A model generated the notes under the pieces. That model saw only the letters and a list, made by a program, of their open reading frames with translations. It searched no databases and had not been told where the DNA came from. 64,000 nt of DNA from Patescibacteria group bacterium (GTDB lineage Bacteria > Patescibacteriota > Patescibacteriia > CAIXNZ01). How positions within the stretch are numbered: position 1 is the first letter of the stretch; each line of letters opens with the position of its first letter. Shown one piece after another: positions 44,856-54,110 of the stretch. The position numbers and the translations under genes are program-made. Location: assembly GCA_028714455.1 (NCBI GenBank), contig JAQTMG010000002.1, positions 38,047-102,046 on the forward strand. The letters run 5' to 3'.

Positions 44856-46627
44856 TGTTTGGCAAAACCGCGGTTGATTTTGTCGACAAAGATGACTGAA
44901 AGTCCTGTCTGGCCAAAGAGCTCGATGACTTTGGGAAGTTCTTTCCCGTCAGCCACCACCACTCCGCCTTTGCAGCCCGCGTCAATCAGCAGCTCCGTGC
45001 CTTCGCGGTTGTCATATTTGGCAATAAAGAGGCTCAAACCTCCCAGCGTAGCCAATACTCCTTTCGGTTTGCCAACTTTCTGACAATAGTATGCGTATTC
45101 GATGAATTCCCCGTCTGCATTATCAATGAAATCAGACATATCTTCCAGGTTTGGTTCCGGGCTGCTTGCGTATGGGAAAAACGCATCAGAGGCAAACATG
45201 GAACCGTCCGTGTCATGTCCTGCTCGGGTCGCTCTTTCCAGGCAGAGGCGCACGCAAGTGATTCTATCCTGTTGGCCGCAACCGAGCGCGATGAGCGCGC
45301 TGTCCTTGGCCAGGGCTACGGTGTTGGAACTCGCGTTCCAACAGATTGCCCAGGCGATGAGCAGGTTTTCGAGGTCAGCAGCTTCGACGGCTGGTCCGAC
45401 AGATGTCTCGTATGAATCCATGGTTAGGACGTAAGGATAGACTCTCTGGCGCAGGAACCCGCCACGTACCGGCTTATACATCCAGGCGTCGTTCGGCAGA
45501 GTCGGGTTGATCAAGGCCGGGTTGGAAAGTAGGCGCCTTTTTTTGGCTTTCATGAGTTCGCAGGTGTTTGCGGAAAATTCAGGCGCGATGATCAGGTCAA
45601 GACCCCAACGCTCGCGGCCGAGATTGAAATCGGCCGGCGGCTTGTGCAGGGCCTTGCCGAGTTCGTCACTGATAGGGAAGTTGGTGATGACCTCGCCGCC
45701 CATGACAGCGACTTTGTCGCCGATGAGCGCTTTGAAAATGGCTCGTGCCGGATCATGCCAGTCGATGGCCGCACCACATGGGTTGCCGTGTTTGCCGGCA
45801 ATGACGATGTAGGGCACTTTGCCGAAATTCCGGCGAAATGCCTCGACCAACACGCACATAATCTGGAGTACGCCGTTGCCGTCGGCCATGGCAATGTAGC
45901 TGGGATCACCGACCTCGACTTTGAATTTGTCCAGAGCCAGCGGATCGTCATTGCCAAAGGAAAAAAGCGTGGCCGGATTTTGGCATTTGTTCTCGCCATA
46001 GGCCAGATCGAGCGCTTTTTTGCCCACATTTCCGTCGATATCACCGTCGCTGTGATAGCGCGCCGAATCCAGGCAATATTTGGCGACTTCGCCTTCTGCC
46101 TTGGCGCGCAGGCGCTGAATGCTTTCGGGCTTGAGTTCGTTGTTGTTGGCCCGAAGTTCGTCCAGCACCCAGCCTCTGTCCGCCGGGTCGCAGATGACGA
46201 TGCGACCGCCTTTGGCAGCCGAACGCACCATGGTCGGCCCGCCGATGTCAGTCATCTCAATGACCGATTCAATGGTTGCATCTGGCTTGGCGATGGCGTT
46301 AGCCAGCGGATAAAAATCGCAGCAGACCAGATCGATGTAGGGCAGCCCGAGATTTTCCATTTCTTCCAGGTCAATATTATAACGTGCCAGCAGACTGGCA
46401 TGGAGTTCTCGCGAGAGCGTGACCACACGGTGACCCAGGATTGCTTTGCCACCGACTAATTCGGCCACATCAGTGACTTTGAGACCAGCTTCTTTTAGAA
46501 CCTTGGCCGTGCCGCCCGAAGAAAGAATTCTCCAGCCCATTATGCTTAGATCTTGGGCAAACCCCTTAATTCCGGCTTTGTTGAAAACCGAGATCAAAGC
46601 AAACTTATCTCCTTTTTCAAAAATCAT
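44852..46627 (-). CDS. purH: bifunctional AICAR transformylase / IMP cyclohydrolase
   Basis: N-terminal MGS-like ALISVFNKAGI...LSSGGTAK...GHRVVTLS; 591 aa; high GC. Confidence 0.85.
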   Translation of the reverse strand: MIFEKGDKFALISVFNKAGIKGFAQDLSIMGWRILSSGGTAKVLKEAGLKVTDVAELVGGKAILGHRVVTLSRELHASLLARYNIDLEEMENLGLPYIDLVCCDFYPLANAIAKPDATIESVIEMTDIGGPTMVRSAAKGGRIVICDPADRGWVLDELRANNNELKPESIQRLRAKAEGEVAKYCLDSARYHSDGDIDGNVGKKALDLAYGENKCQNPATLFSFGNDDPLALDKFKVEVGDPSYIAMADGNGVLQIMCVLVEAFRRNFGKVPYIVIAGKHGNPCGAAIDWHDPARAIFKALIGDKVAVMGGEVITNFPISDELGKALHKPPADFNLGRERWGLDLIIAPEFSANTCELMKAKKRRLLSNPALINPTLPNDAWMYKPVRGGFLRQRVYPYVLTMDSYETSVGPAVEAADLENLLIAWAICWNASSNTVALAKDSALIALGCGQQDRITCVRLCLERATRAGHDTDGSMFASDAFFPYASSPEPNLEDMSDFIDNADGEFIEYAYYCQKVGKPKGVLATLGGLSLFIAKYDNREGTELLIDAGCKGGVVVADGKELPKVIELFGQTGLSVIFVDKINRGFAKH

Positions 46628-46755
46628 TGTCCCTCCTTTTGGTTTTGATTTAGTTTTCCAAACACTTTATATTTTAACTTTAGTTTTTAGCTAAAGATTG
46701 TAAAGAACCGATGGCTGTACCTTAAACAAAATTTTGATAAATGTCAATGTTTATA

Positions 46756-46784
46756 TTGACAAAACACATTAGAGTTGGTAAGGT
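46756..46784 (+). promoter_or_regulatory. conserved promoter TTGACAAAA-N-TAAGGT
   Basis: Spacer 17. Confidence 0.5.
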
Positions 46785-46831
46785 CATTTCAGATTTTGTT
46801 CTATAAAAAAAGGAAAAAAGGAGGAAAAAGA

Positions 46832-48289
46832 ATGGCAAAGATCCCAAAGGGGCTTGAGTCCCCGGAATTCGGTGGTCTAAAATTGATTTCAGACGGTAAG
46901 GTCAGGGGCACGTATGTTTTTAAGGATCAACATCCAAGCCCTTTAGTGCAATTGGCGACTGACCGCATTAGCATTTTTAATTTCATCCTCAACGCCAAAG
47001 TGCCACAAAAGGGAGAGATTCTGACGGCTATGACTATTTTCTGGCTGGAAAAGGTGCTGAAAAATTTCAAATCGCATCTTGATTTTTTTGGATCGTCTTG
47101 CGGAATTATGCTGCCTGTCGGCGCATATCGTGAGGATCCCGACTTGTGGAAAAGGGTCTTGATAATCCAAAATTTGATTCTGCCGCCGATTGAGGCCATT
47201 GTCCGCGGTTATTTGACCGGCTCTGGCTGGAAATCGTACCAAAAGTCAGGTGAATGCTACGGCCACAAGTTGCCCGAGGGACTCTGGGATGGAGCTAAAT
47301 TGCCATTTCCCATTTTTACGCCCACGGAAAAATCCGAGGACGATGCGCCAATCAGCCATGAAGAAGTGGTCAAGCGGTTTGGCGGCACCATGGAAAGAGT
47401 GTCCATGCAGGCCTACTGGCAGGCATTGGACTTCGCCATTTCGCGTGGCATTATCCTGGCCGATACTAAATTCGAGATGACCAACGATGGCATCATCGGC
47501 GATGAGGTAATCACACCTGATTCCAGCCGCTTCTGGGATTTGAAGGAGTGGCAGAAACTCGTCGCGGAAAAGAAATCGCCGACCTCATTGGACAAAGAGT
47601 TTGTCCGGAAGTGGGGCAAGAGCGTGGGCATTCATGAGCTTGATCCCAAAAGCCTGGAACACATCGCTCGGGTGGAATCAATCCTTGTACCCACGGACGT
47701 CATTGAGAACACCAGGCGCATCTATCGCTACATTTTCTGGCGCTTGACTGGCAAAAAATTGGAAGTCTTCCAGAGCGAAGTGATGAACATTCCCGACGTC
47801 AGTATGCCCAGGGTCAAGATCGCTATCGTCATCGGCAGCCAATCAGATCTTCTTCAGTGCCAACCAGGCAGGGATTTTCTGCTCGGCCAAATGCAGAGGG
47901 GAAATTGCAACGTTGATTTCAATATCATCAGCTGCCACAGAAATCCAAAAGAGCTGCTCGGCTTTGTTCAAGAAGAGTCGACACCAGATGTTGTTATCGC
48001 CGGAGCTGGCATGGCCGCGGCTTTACCCGGTATCTTAAAATCTCTGTACGTCTCTGGAGGAAAGGCTGTGCCAGTCATCGGTGTAGCCTTTGAAGGCAAG
48101 AATAATGCCGAAACATTGGCAGCCCAACTCTCAATCGAAAAGCTGCCCGGCAGTCCAGTAATTCTCGGTCCGGATGGAGTATTTACCGGAGGGGAAGGAT
48201 TTATGGCTGCTTGCAAGTACGCGCTGGAAAGTGAATTTCAGCCCGAGGCGCCGAAAGAACAGAAGAAGGCATGCCTTCACATGAAATAA
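46832..48289 (+). CDS. purCE: PAICS-like bifunctional SAICAR synthetase (N-terminal PurC) / N5-CAIR mutase-type PurE (C-terminal) fusion
   Basis: N-terminal GKVRGTY...TDRISIFNF...PQKGEIL (PurC); C-terminal KIAIVIGSQSDL...SCHRNP...AGMAAALPG (PurE); start at MAKIPKG after AAAGGAGGAAAAAGAATG. Confidence 0.8.
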   Translation: MAKIPKGLESPEFGGLKLISDGKVRGTYVFKDQHPSPLVQLATDRISIFNFILNAKVPQKGEILTAMTIFWLEKVLKNFKSHLDFFGSSCGIMLPVGAYREDPDLWKRVLIIQNLILPPIEAIVRGYLTGSGWKSYQKSGECYGHKLPEGLWDGAKLPFPIFTPTEKSEDDAPISHEEVVKRFGGTMERVSMQAYWQALDFAISRGIILADTKFEMTNDGIIGDEVITPDSSRFWDLKEWQKLVAEKKSPTSLDKEFVRKWGKSVGIHELDPKSLEHIARVESILVPTDVIENTRRIYRYIFWRLTGKKLEVFQSEVMNIPDVSMPRVKIAIVIGSQSDLLQCQPGRDFLLGQMQRGNCNVDFNIISCHRNPKELLGFVQEESTPDVVIAGAGMAAALPGILKSLYVSGGKAVPVIGVAFEGKNNAETLAAQLSIEKLPGSPVILGPDGVFTGGEGFMAACKYALESEFQPEAPKEQKKACLHMK

Positions 48290-48297
48290 AGAATCTT

Positions 48298-48333
48298 AAA
48301 ACGGCGATCATCTGGTCGCCGTTTTTTCTTTTT
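48298..48333 (+). terminator. hairpin AAACGGCGATCATCTGGTCGCCGTTT + T-run
   Basis: Perfect 8-bp stem. Confidence 0.7.
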
Positions 48334-48334
48334 G

Positions 48335-48420
48335 CGCGCTCCGTCATTCCGAATGTGATGAGGAATCTATTACTCCAAAAAGTCATAGATCCTTCGCTTC
48401 GCTCTGGATGACGGAGCGCG
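48335..48420. repeat. palindromic repeat element family A, copy 3 (outer stem GCGCGCTCC/GGAGCGCG)
   Basis: Core GTCATTCCGAATGTGATGAGGAATCT...GATCCTTCGCTTCGCTCTGGATGAC. Confidence 0.8.
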
Positions 48421-48440
48421 TTTCTGTTAAAATAAAGTTC

Positions 48441-50519
48441 ATGAAAGAATATAAACTCAAAAAAGAAAATACTTGCCCGCTTAATTCCAAAATTGATTAT
48501 AAAAATGAATTAAATGAGGAACAATTAAATGTAGTTTTGAATGGGGAAGGGCCATGTTTGGTTTTGGCTGGGGCTGGCAGTGGCAAGACCAGAACCCTGG
48601 TTTATCGCGTGGCCTATCTGGTTGAAAAGGGGATTGACCCGAAAAATATTTTGTTGGTTACTTTTACCAATAAAGCGGCTCGGGAAATGCTTAATCGCGT
48701 GGAAACTCTTTTGAAATGCCAGCCCAAGGGACTCTGGGGCGGGACTTTTCATCACATCGGCAACATGATTTTGCGTCGTTATGCCAAGATTTTGGGTTAT
48801 GCTAATAATTTTAATATCTTAGACGAAGAAGATTCTAAGAATTTGCTCAAAGCCGTGATGGGTGAGATGCAGATTAATTACAAAGAAAAATATTTTCCCA
48901 AAGCCGATTTGATTTTAAACATTATTTCTTTTGCTTCTAATTCCCAGAAACCAATTTTGGATGTGATTACTGACAAATATAATTATCTGGACCCAAAGTT
49001 AATTCCGGTTATCGAAGCTATTGAAAGAGAATACCAGAAAAAGAAGCTCAAAAGTAATGTCATGGATTTTGATGATTTACTGACCAACTGGCTTAAGCTT
49101 TTGAAAAAAGATAAAAACGCCAAGGAAAAATTGTCAGCCCAATTCAAATATATTTTGGTCGATGAATATCAGGATACCAATAAAATCCAGAGCGAAATTA
49201 TTTATGAACTTTCGTCCGCTCACAATAATGTTTTAGTGGTGGGTGATGATTGTCAGAGTATTTATTCTTTCCGCGCCGCTGATATAAATAATATCTTGGA
49301 TTTTCCAAATAGATTACCGAAAACAAAGATTTTCAAATTAGTAACTAATTATCGTAGCTCGCACCAGATTTTGGATTTGGCTAATCACAGCATCGGTAAC
49401 AATTTAAACCAGTACAAAAAAGAATTGCAGACAATCAGAGAGGGCGCGGTTAAACCGGCGCTGGTGCCAACCAAAGATTCTTATCAGCAGGCGGATTTTA
49501 TTTGCCAACGAATTTTAGAACTTCAAGAAGAGGGTGAGTCGCTTAATGACATGGCGATTTTGTTCCGCTCCTCGTTTCAAGTCATGGAAATGGAATTGGA
49601 ATTAAATAAAAGAAATATACCTTATGTCATGCGCGGCGGCATCAGGTTTTTTGAACAGGCGCATATTAAGGATGTGGTGGCCTATTTAAAGATCTTTGCC
49701 AATTTTAAGGATGAACTCTCCTGGAAACGCGTTTTATTGCTTTATGAAGGTATTGGGCCGTCAAATGCCGAGAGAATCTGGCAGGAAGTCATTAAGTACA
49801 GTGATTTGAAAAAAGCCGTGGCCGAACTTCTAAACTTACCGTTTTCAGTCAAAGTCACGCGCAGTTTAGAGCAATTAAATTTTCTTTTGGAAATTTTGCT
49901 CAAGCAGGAAAAAGATTTTATTGCCACAGCCATTAGGCAGATTTTGAAAAATAATTACGAAGATTACATTAAGAATAATTTTGAAAATGCCAAAGATAGA
50001 ATTGAGGACCTGGTCCAACTGGCCAATTTTGCTTTGACTTATGAAAAACTGGAGGACTTTTTGTCTGATGTCACGCTGTCTGAAAGTTTTAAGGGCGAGA
50101 CAGTGGAAAATTATGGAGAGGGTCCCGATGAACAAATTGTTTTGAGTACAATTCACCAGGCCAAGGGTTTGGAATGGAAGCATGTTTTTATTCTGGGCTT
50201 GGTTGAGGGACAATTTCCGCATTACAAAATTTATGATCGGCCGCAGGAGATTGAAGAGGAGCGCAGATTATTTTATGTGGCTGTCACGAGAGCCAAGGAT
50301 GAACTTTATTTAACTTATCCGATTATTTCCACTTCGTATTTAACTGGCACAAATATAAACCGACCTTCAATTTTTGTGACAGAATTAGATTCAAAATTAT
50401 TTGAGGAATGGCGGGTGGATGATGATAACGATTATACCGATGACGATATTGATTATGACGCGGAAAATCCGTTTTCAGGACACGAGTTTCTGAAAACAAT
50501 TAGATATGATGATAAATAA
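48441..50519 (+). CDS. pcrA: ATP-dependent DNA helicase PcrA/UvrD
   Basis: LVLAGAGSGKTRTL, DEYQDTN, VTNYRSS; start moved past the repeat to MKEYKL. Confidence 0.9.
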   Translation: MKEYKLKKENTCPLNSKIDYKNELNEEQLNVVLNGEGPCLVLAGAGSGKTRTLVYRVAYLVEKGIDPKNILLVTFTNKAAREMLNRVETLLKCQPKGLWGGTFHHIGNMILRRYAKILGYANNFNILDEEDSKNLLKAVMGEMQINYKEKYFPKADLILNIISFASNSQKPILDVITDKYNYLDPKLIPVIEAIEREYQKKKLKSNVMDFDDLLTNWLKLLKKDKNAKEKLSAQFKYILVDEYQDTNKIQSEIIYELSSAHNNVLVVGDDCQSIYSFRAADINNILDFPNRLPKTKIFKLVTNYRSSHQILDLANHSIGNNLNQYKKELQTIREGAVKPALVPTKDSYQQADFICQRILELQEEGESLNDMAILFRSSFQVMEMELELNKRNIPYVMRGGIRFFEQAHIKDVVAYLKIFANFKDELSWKRVLLLYEGIGPSNAERIWQEVIKYSDLKKAVAELLNLPFSVKVTRSLEQLNFLLEILLKQEKDFIATAIRQILKNNYEDYIKNNFENAKDRIEDLVQLANFALTYEKLEDFLSDVTLSESFKGETVENYGEGPDEQIVLSTIHQAKGLEWKHVFILGLVEGQFPHYKIYDRPQEIEEERRLFYVAVTRAKDELYLTYPIISTSYLTGTNINRPSIFVTELDSKLFEEWRVDDDNDYTDDDIDYDAENPFSGHEFLKTIRYDDK

Positions 50520-50557
50520 AAACCCGCCTTTGCAATTAAGCATTGGCGGGCATTTGC

Positions 50558-51247
50558 TTATTCAGGTTTTGGAATATGAACGGGGACTTCGGAGAGCATT
50601 TCGGAAAGCATCCAGCCGGCCACGGCTTCCTTATCTTCATGCGAAACACCCCATGTGCCGAGGAATCCATGAAAGCAAGCTCTTTGGCTGACCTGAACAT
50701 TTTCATCTGGGTTTTTGAATTTCCAATTACTGATATTGCCTCCGCAATAAAAGAGCTTCATGGCATATTCGGTCCAGGGGTTCCTGTGCCTAAACTCGTC
50801 AGGACAGGCTCTGGTCAGAGCAACTTCGTTGGTCAGGCCGCCGAGCGGCTGTGGCACACCTTCAAAAAGCATTTTTTTGTTTTGTTCCACGATTTCTTTC
50901 TCTCGTAGCTCCGCTCTCTTCAGTGCCTCGCCATCGGCCAGGCCGTTTTCTCTTGCATAGTTGATGAAATCAAGGCCGGCGACTTCGAGCAGCTTGTCGA
51001 TTTTGACCAGAAAGATTCGTCTTTTGCGGTTATCTCTCATGGACGTCACGGCATTAAGCTCGTCTTTGTTCACTGCAATAAAAGCAATGGGCGAAACTTG
51101 ATTTGTAACCAGCACGACAGGGAAGAATCCTTGGGGAACGCTTTCCCAGTCCAGCTTGAGGTCAAAAGGTGAGGCAAGCGCTTCTTTTTGGAGCCACTGT
51201 TCAACTGTTTGGTCTGATGGTCCGATCACAAAGTCCTTCATTTTCAA
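50558..51247 (-). CDS. hypothetical protein (229 aa), high GC
   Basis: SD AAAAAGGAGGAGATTGAAAATG; TTGACA promoter on the minus strand. Confidence 0.45.
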   Translation of the reverse strand: MKMKDFVIGPSDQTVEQWLQKEALASPFDLKLDWESVPQGFFPVVLVTNQVSPIAFIAVNKDELNAVTSMRDNRKRRIFLVKIDKLLEVAGLDFINYARENGLADGEALKRAELREKEIVEQNKKMLFEGVPQPLGGLTNEVALTRACPDEFRHRNPWTEYAMKLFYCGGNISNWKFKNPDENVQVSQRACFHGFLGTWGVSHEDKEAVAGWMLSEMLSEVPVHIPKPE

Positions 51248-51304
51248 TCTCCTCCTTTTTTATTTTGATTTTAAATACTAACATAATATAATTGCAATGT
51301 CAAT

Positions 51305-51772
51305 ATGGCTCTAGAAAAATATAAGCAAAAAAGAAAATTCAAATCCACGCCAGAACCAAAGGGCAAAGCACTCAAAAAGCTTCAGCAACGTTTTGTGATT
51401 CATGAACATCATGCCAGCCATTTGCATTATGATTTTCGCCTGGAAATGGAATCAAAAATTGACAGCGGCGAGATTGTCTTGAAATCCTGGGCCGTGCCCA
51501 AGAATTTGCCGGAAAAGGTAGGGGAGAGGCGCTTGGCTGTTGAAGTTGAAGATCATCCAGTTGATTACATAAATTTTTATGGAGTAATACCTGAAGGTAA
51601 TTATGGCGCTGGCACTGTTAAAATTTGGGACAATGGTAAATATGATTTGATTCGGCGGACAGAAAAAGAAATTGAATTTATTTTGCATGGCAAAAAACTT
51701 AATGGGCCTTATGTTTTGGTCAAAACGCATTTTAGCAAAAATTCCTGGTTGATAATCAAATTGAAAGAATAA
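51305..51772 (+). CDS. stand-alone LigD-type 3'-phosphoesterase domain protein
   Basis: FVIHEHHASHLHYDFRLE...SWAVPKNLP...VEDHPVDY...GVIPEGNYGAGTVKIWDNGKY matches the LigD-PE His/Asp/Tyr core. Confidence 0.8.
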   Translation: MALEKYKQKRKFKSTPEPKGKALKKLQQRFVIHEHHASHLHYDFRLEMESKIDSGEIVLKSWAVPKNLPEKVGERRLAVEVEDHPVDYINFYGVIPEGNYGAGTVKIWDNGKYDLIRRTEKEIEFILHGKKLNGPYVLVKTHFSKNSWLIIKLKE

Positions 51773-51934
51773 AAAAATTGTCACCCTGAGCTTAGTCGAA
51801 GGGCGACAATTTTTATTGCCAGATTGATGCTTTAGTTCGGCTACGCTCACTATAAACTTTTAGGCTTGTCCTGAACATGCCGAGGACTTCAGCATGACAA
51901 TCTGGGCAGAAATTAGTATAATATAGATATAAAT

Positions 51935-51970
51935 TCATAATTTCATATTTCTTATTTCATAATTTATATT
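51935..51970. repeat. heptamer tandem repeat (TTTCATA-type)
   Basis: TTCATAA TTTCATA TTTCTTA TTTCATA ATTTATA. Confidence 0.55.
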
Positions 51971-51971
51971 T

Positions 51972-52472
51972 ATGCTCAATATTGAAATCCAACACGGCAA
52001 TTTAATTAAAGTTCAAGCCGATGCCATTGTCAATCCAACCAATTCTTTCGGCTGGATGGGCGGAGGTTCGGCCAGTGCTATTAAGAAAGCAGAGGGAAAT
52101 AAAATTGAGGACGAGATTAAGGCCCAAGCGCCGCTGGAAATCGGCACGGCCATTGCCACGCCAGCCGGCGAATTGCCTTACAAAGCGATTATTCACTCGC
52201 CAGTTGTTGTTTCGCCGACTGATACGGCTAAGCCTTATGATGTGGCCATGGCGGTTTCTGGCGCTTTACTTTTAGCCGATGACAAAGGTTTTAAAACCAT
52301 TGCCATGCCGGGCATGGGCACCGGTGTGGGCAATTTTCCGATTAAAGACGCGGCCAAAGTCATGATCGCTGAAATAAAAAAGTTTAAGCCGATTAATTTA
52401 GAAAAAATAATTTTGATTGATGAAAATGACGAATTGGCCAAGGCCTGGAAAGATGAACTGGAGAAAAAATAA
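51972..52472 (+). CDS. macro-domain protein (ADP-ribose binding / hydrolase)
   Basis: ADAIVNPTNSFGWMGGGSASAIKKAEG. Confidence 0.8.
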   Translation: MLNIEIQHGNLIKVQADAIVNPTNSFGWMGGGSASAIKKAEGNKIEDEIKAQAPLEIGTAIATPAGELPYKAIIHSPVVVSPTDTAKPYDVAMAVSGALLLADDKGFKTIAMPGMGTGVGNFPIKDAAKVMIAEIKKFKPINLEKIILIDENDELAKAWKDELEKK

Positions 52473-52487
52473 AATTTTACAAATAAA

Positions 52488-52517
52488 AAGCGGGTGCCTA
52501 GCGTCCGCTTTTTTATT
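52488..52517. terminator. bidirectional hairpin AGCGGGTGCCTAGCGTCCGCT flanked by A/T runs
   Basis: Between convergent genes. Confidence 0.55.
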
Positions 52518-53049
52518 ATTTATATGATAATTTTTTTCCTCTAATTACCGCGCACTCGCTATATTTATGTAAGCTTTTACGCTTTTGATTTTGAATATGA
52601 ATAACTTTATAGCCAAGTGATTTTAATTTATCAGAAAGCAGCATACGATGGCAATTCCAGTATAATAATTCGGCGCACATAATGGCCGCGTTGCCTCCTT
52701 TAACTTCTTTTAGCAATTTTTTGAAGCCGTTTTGAAATCCCTTGGTTTGCATGTAAATTGCGTAATTGCGGAACCAGCTGGAGCGCCAGCAAGCGCCTTG
52801 TTTATTTTTTACTTTGGCTAATTCTTTTTTGGCGCGATAGCCACCCAATTCTTGGCCGAGCCAGAGATATTTTATTTCATTTTTTTTCAGAGTTCGTTTG
52901 AGAATGTACTGGTTGAATTGGGGGTTATAAGCTGAACCAGGGAATCGGCGCACGTCAATCAATTCTGAAATTTTATATGCCTTAAGAATGTCAATGAATT
53001 CTTTCATCGGATGGGTTGAGTGACCGATTGTGAAAACCGTTTTTGTCAT
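52516..53049 (-). CDS. DUF488-family protein
   Basis: VFTIGHSTHPMKEFIDILK; 177 aa; TTGACA promoter on the minus strand (-35 at 53070-53075; -10 TAAGTT would sit at a short 14-bp spacing, 17-18 bp to GTTATG/TTATGA). Confidence 0.7.
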   Translation of the reverse strand: MTKTVFTIGHSTHPMKEFIDILKAYKISELIDVRRFPGSAYNPQFNQYILKRTLKKNEIKYLWLGQELGGYRAKKELAKVKNKQGACWRSSWFRNYAIYMQTKGFQNGFKKLLKEVKGGNAAIMCAELLYWNCHRMLLSDKLKSLGYKVIHIQNQKRKSLHKYSECAVIRGKKLSYK

Positions 53050-53071
53050 AACTTAATTTTAACATAATTTG

Positions 53072-53103
53072 TCAAAGAAAAAAGTCCCGCGGAGCGGGAC
53101 TTT
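53072..53103 (-). terminator. hairpin AGTCCCGCTCCGCGGGACT + T-run on the minus strand
   Basis: 7-bp stem. Confidence 0.65.
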
Positions 53104-53111
53104 GAATTTGG

Positions 53112-53567
53112 CTACATCGCTCGATAAGCCTTAGCGAACTTGCGAAGCCTTTTCAGTCTTTTCTCGATGTTTCTGGCATCTGCCCTGTTCATTTTTAGAG
53201 CGGCTTTGAGTGCCTGTATTTCACCGTACAGAGAATCCGCCTTTTCTTTCAGCGCTATTGCCCAGGCTTCTTTTTCAGTCAGCAGGTCTTTTGCCTGGCA
53301 GTAGTACTTGATATTCTGCCAGTATTCTTTGATTACCTTTTTGTGGTAATCGTATTTCACCATCCTTATTTCCAATTCATAATACCAAACCTTGTTTTCC
53401 CACATCTTGCCGATGATCTTTCCCATCTTGAAGGCGTCGCCCAATTGTTTAAGCGATAGCTCTTGGCGTATTAATCCGATAGATGGGTCGTCGTAGTCAT
53501 AGCCTTTTTGAAAAATCGCCCTGTCTCCGATTTTGAATTGCCGCCTCTTAGCCTTCTTACTCGCCAA
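53112..53567 (-). CDS. hypothetical protein (151 aa, TTG start)
   Basis: SD GGAGGTGTAAATTG; minus-strand promoter TTGACA-N16-TATACT at 53594-53621. Confidence 0.4.
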   Translation of the reverse strand: MASKKAKRRQFKIGDRAIFQKGYDYDDPSIGLIRQELSLKQLGDAFKMGKIIGKMWENKVWYYELEIRMVKYDYHKKVIKEYWQNIKYYCQAKDLLTEKEAWAIALKEKADSLYGEIQALKAALKMNRADARNIEKRLKRLRKFAKAYRAM

Positions 53568-53619
53568 TTTACACCTCCTTTAATTTTTTCTTTAGTATAT
53601 CATTTGAAAAATTATTGTC

Positions 53620-53652
53620 AAAAGAAAAAAAGCGTCCCGATGAGCGGGGCGC
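53620..53652 (-). terminator. hairpin GCGCCCCGCTCATCGGGACGCT + T-run on the minus strand
   Basis: Downstream of the 53662 gene. Confidence 0.5.
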
Positions 53653-53661
53653 TTTTTGATT

Positions 53662-54000
53662 TTACGCTTCATGCCTTTTTAATTCCTTGAGCCTGCCTTT
53701 AGCCAGAATTTTCAGTTCATCGGTCGGGGCATGAATGATCCAGTATTGGAGACGAATCGGGTCGTCTGCGGCGGAAATTGCCTTTTGCGCGGCTTGCTCT
53801 TGCAATTTTTGGTCGCACGAGATCATGCCCACCAAAATAGCTTCTTCATAAAACCGAGCAAGCGCCAGAGCTTTTTTAAGCGCTTCCTCTCTCTGCGGAC
53901 CAGTAACACCCTCGGTCAGTTCGATACACTTGGTAAAATTATCAGCCTGTTCGAGTATGTTATGAAAAGCGGCTATCTCCGGACTTATCTCCGATCCCAT
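53662..54000 (-). CDS. hypothetical protein (113 aa)
   Basis: SD AAAGGAGGGCAAAATG; minus-strand conserved promoter TTGACAAAA-N-TAAGGT at ~54027-54061. Confidence 0.4.
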   Translation of the reverse strand: MGSEISPEIAAFHNILEQADNFTKCIELTEGVTGPQREEALKKALALARFYEEAILVGMISCDQKLQEQAAQKAISAADDPIRLQYWIIHAPTDELKILAKGRLKELKRHEA

Positions 54001-54110
54001 TTTGCCCTCCTTTGTTTTAAAATCTATATCACACCTTAGCAAAAATAGAGATTTTGTCAAGTGAGTTTTTGCAAAAGAAAAACCCCCGCGAGATCGCGAG
54101 GGTTGGGGGA

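Noticed and set aside
45644-46459. 271-aa plus-strand ORF, plus many 60-150-aa ORFs antisense to pgm, purH, dnaB, glyA and others
   Set aside because: These are shadow ORFs inside well-supported genes on the opposite strand, typical of the GC-rich purH region. They have no SD.
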